This document shows positions 7,659 to 14,170 of a stretch of DNA of 34,383 nt, piece by piece. Below the pieces are notes generated by a model. The model had not been told where the DNA came from. It made no database searches and saw only the letters and a list, made by a program, of their open reading frames with translations. Both the position numbers and the translations under genes were made by a program. Source of the DNA: a virus; the UHGV virus genome UHGV-0341269; one strand, written 5' to 3'. Position 1 is the stretch's first letter, and every line of letters begins with the position of its first letter.

Positions 7659-8556
7659 GTTCCTGCTCCTTCAGACTTCCAAAAAAATCATCGGTATCAT
7701 CATTTGGAGGCGGTAATGCCTCCGATGCCGTAGGCCGTTTTTCCTCCGGTTTGGGCGGGTTAAAGGGGTCTATTTCCTCGTTTTCATCCTTGGACGGGGT
7801 TACATTCCGCATTTCGCTTCCAAATTCCTGATCGTCGGCGCTGCTCATGGCTTCTTGGATGTAGAGGGGCAAATCCCATTGCTTGGAGGCACGCTTGATG
7901 ACCGTTTTGAGCCCCATTTGCCCGAAGTCAGTCACCCACGGACCTACTACTTCCCCTTTCTTGTTCCGGGACTTGGTGCGGGCCTTGATTTCCTCCACGG
8001 CGCGCAGGCTCATGCGTTCCCCGTGTAGGTAGAGGTCCTTGTCTGTCCAGGTGCAATAAAAACCCCTGATGGGCGCCGTGCTGTCATCCCATTCCGGGAT
8101 GTGGCCCATTGCGAATTTTCCTTCTTCCAGGCCCCAGGAAAATGGCTCCCCCTCTCTCACAATTCCAATATTGAGGTTGGTGACGCCATTGGAGCGGGCC
8201 ATACGCATCAGGCCGCGGGCGGAGGGGACAGCAACGCAGGTCAATACAGACCGGCCGCTTGCCTTATCATTGCTCCAAAAAGGAACAAGATAGCCGTGGA
8301 TGCCGTCAGGCTCACAACGCATCATCAGCAGGTTTTTCAGGGATGCAATCAGCGTTACAGGGGCGCATTGCTGAAGGAGTGGGGTTTTCTGGCAGCAGTG
8401 CCAGAAGATACTGATACAGCGTTCCGGCGTCATCATGCCCTCTACAAGCTGGGCAATGTGTCTCTTCATGTCCTCCGACATCACAATTTCATGGAGTGTC
8501 TTTTTCGGGACTGGCGCCTGGGGCAAATCTAGTTTATGTGTAGGTGCGTTACTCAT
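7624..8556 (-). CDS. recT: RecT-family single-strand annealing protein
   Basis: C-terminal PWVTDFGQMGLKTVIKRASKQWDLP is typical of RecT; it is paired with the YqaJ exonuclease. Confidence 0.7.
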   Translation of the reverse strand: MSNAPTHKLDLPQAPVPKKTLHEIVMSEDMKRHIAQLVEGMMTPERCISIFWHCCQKTPLLQQCAPVTLIASLKNLLMMRCEPDGIHGYLVPFWSNDKASGRSVLTCVAVPSARGLMRMARSNGVTNLNIGIVREGEPFSWGLEEGKFAMGHIPEWDDSTAPIRGFYCTWTDKDLYLHGERMSLRAVEEIKARTKSRNKKGEVVGPWVTDFGQMGLKTVIKRASKQWDLPLYIQEAMSSADDQEFGSEMRNVTPSKDENEEIDPFNPPKPEEKRPTASEALPPPNDDTDDFFGSLKEQEREYVPANREDY

Positions 8557-8588
8557 AATCTTTGCATGGTGTTTTTGTTCTATTGGGT

Positions 8589-8972
8589 TCAGTTAAAAAG
8601 TGTTTTGAGCAGGAGGAAAATTAAGAATAAAAATCCTCCTCCAGCGGCAATTACTCCACACCACAAAATCAGGTAAGCGAGGATTTTGGAGAGGAGGTCT
8701 TTTGATTGTGCGGCCTGGGTGTAGTTCCAACAGCGCTCCGCTTCGTCAGGGATGCCGTTGAGACGCTCCCGGGCGCACAGGCGACACAGATAGCGGGCGC
8801 AGAAGACGCCGTCCTGATGGTCCCCTACCAGGGACACCCACGAAGACGAGGCGTTCAGCGGTTCGGCGCACATGTAGCAGCGCGCCGTTTTGGCGGGGTG
8901 CGGGTTGTTGGTGAGTGTTTCCACCATGCCCTTGTAGGGCCCCCGGTCGATGATGTGTTGATGTGTGGTCAT
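8589..8972 (-). CDS. Cys-rich (putative zinc-ribbon) protein with a C-terminal transmembrane anchor
   Basis: CYMC … CARYLCRLC, then a hydrophobic C-terminus ILAYLILWCGVIAAGGGFLFLIFLLL. Confidence 0.4.
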   Translation of the reverse strand: MTTHQHIIDRGPYKGMVETLTNNPHPAKTARCYMCAEPLNASSSWVSLVGDHQDGVFCARYLCRLCARERLNGIPDEAERCWNYTQAAQSKDLLSKILAYLILWCGVIAAGGGFLFLIFLLLKTLFN

Positions 8973-9322
8973 TGTTTTGATTGGTTGGAGAGAAAATCTC
9001 TGACTTCGCGCATGTTGAAGCGTGCTTCGCCCTTCCTGCCCCGTTGATTGTTCATAGGCGTCATCTTGGTAATTTTCCCAAGCCTCACCCCTTCCGACAA
9101 ATAAGGAGTAATACCACTGACGGAGTAGTGGAACCGTTCGGCGCAGTCTTTTGCGCTTCCGAATTCATCTACCGGAACAAAATTATTCATTCCGACGCTT
9201 GACGCTTCAGCCGAGGAAGGAACCGGAGTGTCCGCCAATTCCCTCAGCACTCCGGACAGCACTTCCAAGGCATCCGCAAGGCTGGCTATCGTTTTTTCGT
9301 TCCCGTTCATGGCTTTGGTCAA
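8969..9322 (-). CDS. Hypothetical protein with a C-terminal HTH_17/excisionase-like DNA-binding domain
   Basis: AERFHYSVSGITPYLSEGVRLGKITKM…ARFNMREVRDFL follows the AlpA/Xis-type HTH pattern. Confidence 0.4.
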   Translation of the reverse strand: MTKAMNGNEKTIASLADALEVLSGVLRELADTPVPSSAEASSVGMNNFVPVDEFGSAKDCAERFHYSVSGITPYLSEGVRLGKITKMTPMNNQRGRKGEARFNMREVRDFLSNQSKQ

Positions 9323-9507
9323 AAGTCGTCGTTGTGTCCGTCAGGGTTGTCCGTCGTGGCATGGTCCCGTTCGTACCGCACCAGGGCGTTTTCGAGGGCC
9401 GCGGCTGCGGTTTCGTGTTCGTTCATCAGCCGTTCGGCATCTGCGTGACTCACAGCTACATCATCCACACGGATGCAGCGGTCTTCTTCGTCGTATTCGA
9501 TGCTCAT
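9319..9507 (-). CDS. Hypothetical acidic small protein
   Basis: Short ORF tightly packed between two HTH_17-like genes. Confidence 0.3.
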   Translation of the reverse strand: MSIEYDEEDRCIRVDDVAVSHADAERLMNEHETAAAALENALVRYERDHATTDNPDGHNDDF

Positions 9508-9719
9508 TTTCGCCCTCCTTTCTTCAAAAATTCTTGAGATCTTTTCTCAAGCCACGCCGTTACTTCGTCAAGTTTGTAACGCGGGTGTGTTCCTTTTCCT
9601 CCCAGCCCGCCGGAAAAATAAACACGGGGACAACCTTCCTTATTAAGTCGAACTAGAGAACCCTTGCTAATGTTCAGGGTCTTGCGTAGTTCCTCGCTGG
9701 TGATGTATGGTGTATTCAT
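9504..9719 (-). CDS. Excisionase/AlpA-like HTH_17 DNA-binding protein
   Basis: YITSEELRKTLNISKGSLVRLNKEGCPRVYFSGG…RYKLDEVTAWL is the classic HTH_17 pattern. Confidence 0.6.
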   Translation of the reverse strand: MNTPYITSEELRKTLNISKGSLVRLNKEGCPRVYFSGGLGGKGTHPRYKLDEVTAWLEKRSQEFLKKGGRK

Positions 9720-9760
9720 ATGTTTTTTCTTGTTTGTCTTTGATGTAAACGCTATTGCCT

Positions 9761-9967
9761 CTACTTCCGTTTAAGCCTATTCTCTGTATCCATGATTACT
9801 TTAATTTCTGTTGATTGTTCTTCTTCGATAGCCAATAGACCGTTTTTAATTATTACTTTCGGGTATTTCTTCTTCACGGTTAATCTTTTGTTATCCTTGT
9901 AAAAACCATGATAAGGTTCATAACGAATGATAGAGAGGTCGTTATGAACGTCCAAGCTACCAAGCAT
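9761..9967 (-). CDS. Hypothetical protein in an AT-rich island
   Basis: ORF in a ~270-bp low-GC segment (9720-9990). Confidence 0.3.
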   Translation of the reverse strand: MLGSLDVHNDLSIIRYEPYHGFYKDNKRLTVKKKYPKVIIKNGLLAIEEEQSTEIKVIMDTENRLKRK

Positions 9968-9980
9968 TGCCAGTCAGTCA

Positions 9981-10256
9981 TCATTTAGCCTCCTTTCGTG
10001 TTATTCTCGCGGTGCCGGATATAAAGAGTTCCTCACCGTCCGGTTTAGTGACCAGATAGCCATAAATATCCTTTTTATAATCACTTATTGCCTTCACGCA
10101 CTCAGGGTCACTAGTGGAAAAAGAAATATCGAGAAGACCTGGCTGTTCGATCTTAATAATCCATTCCCGTTCCCCTTTCCAAATCCAGTCATAAGGGCGT
10201 GGGTTACAGGCGCACAGAACAAGCCCGGACAAAACGAGGGCAGCCAGCGCTTTCAC
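9981..10256 (-). CDS. Small secreted/lipoprotein (moron candidate)
   Basis: N-terminal signal peptide MKALAALVLSGLVLCAC with Cys residues in a lipobox-like position. Confidence 0.45.
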   Translation of the reverse strand: MKALAALVLSGLVLCACNPRPYDWIWKGEREWIIKIEQPGLLDISFSTSDPECVKAISDYKKDIYGYLVTKPDGEELFISGTARITRKEAK

Positions 10257-11044
10257 TTCTTCACCTCCTTCTGCTCGGTTTTATTCCCCGTCATCCGCTT
10301 CAACAGCCATACTTGACCTTTAGGCGTCAGATACGGGGTTGCTTTGCTTTCCGCTCTTCCGCTCGCGTGCTGGATAATCCGGTAACTGACCCGAAAACGA
10401 CCGGCTTCCACATGTTCCTGGGACGGCACGTTGCGGCGGTTTCCTGTCTTCCCAAGGATGCCTTCATTGCGCAGCAGCTCAAAAAGCCGGTTCTGTCCGA
10501 TTTCCCGTCCGTTCTGTGCCAGCACCTTGGCGAATTCTCCAATCAGCATGCAGCCGGCGGAGACTTCCACGCTCTTTCCAAATTCTGTGTAGGGAGCGTC
10601 CTCTTCTATCTTGGCTTCAAGAGCTTTTCTTTTGTCCTGCTCATCTTTGAGCGTCTGAAATACCTTGATGGCGTTCTCAGGCTTGGAAATCAACTCAAGA
10701 AGTTTTTCGCCCGTCGCATAGATGCCGTGCTTGCGTATTGTCGGTAGTACTTCTTCAAAGACCCAAGCCTCGAATCTCTTCGCTGATTCCAGTTTGGAAC
10801 CACAGATCAAACGCATCATGTCGGGTTCGTTGATGATGCGAATCTCCTGTACTCCTCCGGGAGTTTGAAGGGGGTAGCGTTTCACGACCCCCTTACAATG
10901 TCGGTTCATGGCATCAGTTTCATTGGCGTAACCAAGAGCGGCACACACGTCTTTTCCGACGAACCATGGCTCTTCGTCAAAGGTGACTGTCCTGACGGAA
11001 CAGCCCAAAGCGGCGTTGTTGAATGGTACTATGGTGTTGTTCAT
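10253..11044 (-). CDS. Phage antirepressor (Bro-N domain with a KilA-C/ORF6C-like C-terminal domain)
   Basis: The N-terminal FVGKDVCAALGYANETDAMNRHCKGV block is the Bro-N signature. Confidence 0.65.
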   Translation of the reverse strand: MNNTIVPFNNAALGCSVRTVTFDEEPWFVGKDVCAALGYANETDAMNRHCKGVVKRYPLQTPGGVQEIRIINEPDMMRLICGSKLESAKRFEAWVFEEVLPTIRKHGIYATGEKLLELISKPENAIKVFQTLKDEQDKRKALEAKIEEDAPYTEFGKSVEVSAGCMLIGEFAKVLAQNGREIGQNRLFELLRNEGILGKTGNRRNVPSQEHVEAGRFRVSYRIIQHASGRAESKATPYLTPKGQVWLLKRMTGNKTEQKEVKK

Positions 11045-11049
11045 GTTGT

Positions 11050-11286
11050 TTATCGGTTGGCGGTTTCGGTTTTCTTTATAGGTGGTTCACCACCTATAGG
11101 TAAAAAAACTCCCTTCTTTTTGATTCTCTTTTTTATAGGTGGTTCACCACCCGCGAGTAAAAAAACTACTTGCCCGGAAACTGATCTTTGTTCTTTCCGC
11201 GCAATCAATTTTATTTGCTCAAATAAGTCAATAGGGAGGTTAATTGTTATTTGCTTTTTCTCGTATTTCTCGGGCGATGTTTTCAT
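11050..11286 (-). CDS. Ribbon-helix-helix (Arc/CopG-like) DNA-binding protein with a repetitive GGEPPIKK tail
   Basis: ITINLPIDLFEQIKLIARKEQRSVSGQVVFLL has the RHH beta-alpha-alpha pattern; the tail repeats are encoded by the operator-like DNA repeats. Confidence 0.5.
   Translation of the reverse strand: MKTSPEKYEKKQITINLPIDLFEQIKLIARKEQRSVSGQVVFLLAGGEPPIKKRIKKKGVFLPIGGEPPIKKTETANR
11077..11098. promoter_or_regulatory. Operator-like inverted repeat TATAGGTGG-TTCA-CCACCTATA upstream of the antirepressor gene (partial second copy at 11134-11151)
   Basis: 9-bp perfect arms; part of a ~40-bp direct repeat (11076-11114 and 11128-11168) embedded in the 3' end of the RHH gene. Confidence 0.5.
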
Positions 11287-11671
11287 AATCTTCGGGTGTA
11301 AGGATTACGTTTTGAGTTTGTTGAACTAAATAAGCGGTAATGATTTCAGTCATCGTCATATTCAGTTCTTTTGCTCTCTTTTGAAATTTTCGGAAGAGGA
11401 CGATGGGGATCCATACTGAAATCTGTTTTTTGTCTATCTTCCGTTGACTTGGCATGCGCTCAACATAATCGGTGGTTAACCACCAGTCAACACTATTTTT
11501 CATCTTTTTTACATTTTTTTCATCCAGCATCATCCCGGATCTCCTTCCTAATTTTTTTTCATCATTAGAATTAAGCGCGTAATGTAGATAAGTAGACACA
11601 TCTACATTGATATGCACACCTAAGGAATCTTTGATCGCCGAACGAGGAAACGAGGAGATTGACGAGTTCAT
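11240..11671 (-). CDS. Ribbon-helix-helix domain protein (the N-terminal extent is uncertain)
   Basis: QISVWIPIVLFRKFQKRAKELNMTMTEIITAYL follows the RHH pattern; the gene is AT-rich. Confidence 0.4.
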   Translation of the reverse strand: MNSSISSFPRSAIKDSLGVHINVDVSTYLHYALNSNDEKKLGRRSGMMLDEKNVKKMKNSVDWWLTTDYVERMPSQRKIDKKQISVWIPIVLFRKFQKRAKELNMTMTEIITAYLVQQTQNVILTPEDYENIAREIREKANNN

Positions 11672-11814
11672 TTCTTCTTCTCATCCTTTTGAGTGATGTT
11701 TCGCAAGATCCTCTTTGTGGTTCGCCGGTAACCCTCCACAATGCCGAGACCGAAACAAGTAGCCCCGAAAAGCACAGCCAGCAAGAAAAACACAAGCATC
11801 ACGTTACCCGACAT
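11668..11814 (-). CDS. 48-aa small membrane protein (MSGNVMLVFFLLAVLFGATCFGLGIVEGY…)
   Basis: Hand-translated; one TM helix; its stop TGA overlaps the ATG of the downstream RHH gene (ATGA). It is not in the ORF track because it is shorter than 60 aa. Confidence 0.3.
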   Translation of the reverse strand: MSGNVMLVFFLLAVLFGATCFGLGIVEGYRRTTKRILRNITQKDEKKK

Positions 11815-11888
11815 TGACGTAACCCTTTCTTGCTGAAAATTTATCTCCTAATAAACTAATATTTAGTGCGTTATAATGCGGGGGGGGT

Positions 11889-11896
11889 AATATTTC
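11889..11896. repeat. G8 homopolymer tract directly 3' of a perfect TATAAT (11881-11886), in the regulatory region
   Basis: TATAATGCGGGGGGGGTAAT read directly. Confidence 0.6.
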
Positions 11897-11990
11897 CTGT
11901 TTTTTCATGAGATTTGATGCCTTGTGGCTCCGGTAAGACGTTGTGTCATCGATTATCCGTTCACGTGATGACAAATTCCTCCCGAGAGGA

Positions 11991-13178
11991 TTACAAAACA
12001 ATCTTGCTGGATATTTCCTCTATTGCATGCACGACATCCTGCGAGTCGGGCCGGAAATATACCCGTTCAATCTCTTCAGAGTCATGCCCTACAATAAAAC
12101 GGCACAAGTCCGCCGGCACCCCTGCCAACCGCAAAATCGTCACCGCGGTCGCCCTCAGGCTGTGAAAGCTTTTTTCAGACAGCACGCGCTTGTCTCCCTT
12201 CCCTTTCCTTTCCCCGGCAGAAATGATGCCGTGTTTTTTCAGAAGTCCGGTAAACTCAAGAGAGAGCTTGCTGGACTTCCCGCCGCCTTGTGCGTGTTTC
12301 ATGGCGGCCAAAGGGAACACAAATTCATTGATGGAATATCTCTCCCTCTCTTCCAAAATCTCTTTCAGCGGTCGGATGATGGGCTTGTTCATGCGCCGCT
12401 TGGTTTTTTGTGAGGTCATGGCAATCAGTCCACCGTCAAGGTTGACCTGCTCCCATCTGAGGGTGGCAATATCGCCCAAACGCTGGCCGCCCGTATAAAG
12501 GCATACCCGTATCATGTCCGGCCATTCACCCGGTAAAATTTCTACCAGCCTCTTGACTTCTTCCACGGTGAACGCGTTGCGCTCCTGTTTGTCGTCCTGC
12601 TTTTTTTTCTTGTCCAGCCTGGCTCCCCTGAAAGGATTGGAGATGATCAATTCTTTTTCGACAGCCTGATTGAACGCGCAGGAAAGAGATTCGAGATACC
12701 TTGATACTGTACCGGATGACACGCGCTCCATTTCTGTCTCCGCAAACCGTCTCACGGTGTCTTTGTTGATGGAGGCTATGGCTTGCCCTCCATCATTCCC
12801 CAGGAACAAAATAAACTGCTTGATGGCCTTCCCGTCTCTTTCGTGTGCCTGAATCTTGCCGGATCGTGATTGCAGCCATTCATGGAGATACGCTCCAACG
12901 CTCACGGCCTTTCTGCCAAGGCTGGCCGCCTGAACATCTCCGCCAGCGATAGCTTTGAGCCGCTGCGAGTCAACAAAGCCGGTCTTGTGTCCATGCTCAA
13001 GCTCTTCGGCAATAAGGCGAGCCCTGGCCTCGTTTTGCGCTATGACCGCTCTTTTGTTTGCCCCGGGTGGAATAACCTTTGGCACCACGTCAATACGAGT
13101 GGTTTTCCTGACCTCTTTGCCGTCCAGCGTCTTGAAGACGGCTACCCATTTATTGCTTCTTTTGATAATCCCCGCCAT
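11991..13178 (-). CDS. int: Tyrosine site-specific integrase
   Basis: C-terminal catalytic region HSLRAT … VGHDSEEIERVYF (H-x-x-R and the Tyr nucleophile); N-terminal arm-binding-like domain; the first ATG is 13178 (MAGIIKRSNKW), and the ORF track begins at TTG 13190. Confidence 0.85.
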   Translation of the reverse strand: MAGIIKRSNKWVAVFKTLDGKEVRKTTRIDVVPKVIPPGANKRAVIAQNEARARLIAEELEHGHKTGFVDSQRLKAIAGGDVQAASLGRKAVSVGAYLHEWLQSRSGKIQAHERDGKAIKQFILFLGNDGGQAIASINKDTVRRFAETEMERVSSGTVSRYLESLSCAFNQAVEKELIISNPFRGARLDKKKKQDDKQERNAFTVEEVKRLVEILPGEWPDMIRVCLYTGGQRLGDIATLRWEQVNLDGGLIAMTSQKTKRRMNKPIIRPLKEILEERERYSINEFVFPLAAMKHAQGGGKSSKLSLEFTGLLKKHGIISAGERKGKGDKRVLSEKSFHSLRATAVTILRLAGVPADLCRFIVGHDSEEIERVYFRPDSQDVVHAIEEISSKIVL

Positions 13179-13180
13179 AG

Positions 13181-13386
13181 AACTGTACAATTTTTAAAAC
13201 TTGTACAGCCACTTGTACAGCAAGCATTCCGTTTTCTGTGGTAATGTAGCGTAATAAAAAAGCACGGAAACCTTGTAAAATCAGGCTTTCCGTGCTCTAG
13301 CGTAATAAAAAAGTGGCGGAGCGGGAGGGATTATATTTATTGATTATAAATATACTTATGAATATAATGTTCAGCTTTTTGTACAG
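13181..13386. other. Candidate attP region: four TTGTACAG repeats (13183-13190 inverted, 13201-13208, 13213-13220, 13379-13386), a 16-bp direct repeat AGCGTAATAAAAAAG ×2 (13248-13262, 13299-13313), and an AT-rich inverted repeat TATATTTAT-N5-ATAAATATA (13332-13354)
   Basis: Repeats read directly; placement next to int is typical for attP, with arm-type sites flanking a core. Confidence 0.4.
13253..13296 (-). terminator. Rho-independent terminator (minus strand): 10-bp stem AGCACGGAAA/TTTCCGTGCT, 16-nt loop, then a U-run
   Basis: Perfect stem 13261-13270 / 13287-13296; the T-run on the minus strand corresponds to plus 13253-13260 AATAAAAA; it lies downstream of the tail/GT operon. Confidence 0.6.
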
Positions 13387-13406
13387 TTCCTTTCCTACCC
13401 TCAGGG

Positions 13407-13432
13407 TCATCTTGTTGATATCAACAAGATGA
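13407..13432. promoter_or_regulatory. 26-bp perfect palindrome TCATCTTGTTGATATCAACAAGATGA abutting the stop of gene 13433-14158
   Basis: Reverse-complement identity verified by hand; the half-site CTTGTTGA also occurs in promoter units A and B (CTTGTTGAC). Confidence 0.5.
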
Positions 13433-14158
13433 TCAATTTTCTTTCTGGTGAAAACGGCAGCGGAATAAGGCATCCATGACGCGGGCCCGGTTTGCTTTTG
13501 GAATATGGGGAGGACGGGGGCTTCCCACGGTTACAACGTCAAACCCAACATATTTTTCCGGGGCGACCGAAATGCTGAACCAGTTCCATGCCGACCAGCG
13601 GCCAGCCCTGTTTTGGGGCGTCCAGGGGGGGATAATTCTCCCCTTGCCGACCCCAAAAAGTTCAATGACTGTGTGCCCGATGGTAAGATCCTCCGGAGCG
13701 TTGTCCGGCAGATCTGCTTGCATCAGCACTTCCGCGGCTCGTTTGGCGGCCAGTCCGGTCATGGCATAACACAGACCGTAGAATTGCCGGCTATCTGCTC
13801 CCGAGGCGCACCAATGCGCCCCCGTTTCAGACATGTCCCTGATCCATGCTCCGTTGAGCAGCGCCGTATCCGAATCGATTTTGACGACGATGTCATCGTC
13901 CGCCGCTTCGCTGGACAGCATGGAGATAATGCCCTGGACGCATTCCGGGCCGCGCAGGTTGCCGTGGCGCGGGAAGCTGGTTTGACGATACCGCGCTCCG
14001 GCTTCCAGAAGCGCCTTTCTGGTGCGTTCCGGTACTGGGTCGGCCTCATCGTCCGCCACGGTAATGACGGCATCAGGGAGGGCTGCCAAGGCGCACCGGA
14101 CGCAGGCTTGCGCCTCATCAGCGTCTCCGGCATAGGTGAATAGATAGATTCTGATCAT
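13433..14158 (-). CDS. Putative GT-A fold (family-2-like) glycosyltransferase; moron between the tail genes and int
   Basis: IRIYLFTYAGD…VITVADDEAD, then ~55 aa later IVVKIDSDT (DxD-like), then GLCYAMTGLAAKRAAEV; this matches GT2 motif spacing. Confidence 0.4.
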   Translation of the reverse strand: MIRIYLFTYAGDADEAQACVRCALAALPDAVITVADDEADPVPERTRKALLEAGARYRQTSFPRHGNLRGPECVQGIISMLSSEAADDDIVVKIDSDTALLNGAWIRDMSETGAHWCASGADSRQFYGLCYAMTGLAAKRAAEVLMQADLPDNAPEDLTIGHTVIELFGVGKGRIIPPWTPQNRAGRWSAWNWFSISVAPEKYVGFDVVTVGSPRPPHIPKANRARVMDALFRCRFHQKEN

Positions 14159-14170
14159 CGTATTGTCTGG

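Noticed and set aside
11050-11671. The two RHH genes as antitoxins of a toxin-antitoxin pair
   Set aside because: There is no toxin-like ORF (RelE/ParE/Doc/PIN) adjacent. Synteny with a Bro-N antirepressor and the embedded operator repeats fit Arc/Mnt-type repressors better.
13505-14143. 212-aa plus-strand ORF
   Set aside because: It is antisense to the GT-like gene, whose frame shows a coherent GT-A motif arrangement and is followed by a palindrome and a terminator on the minus strand.
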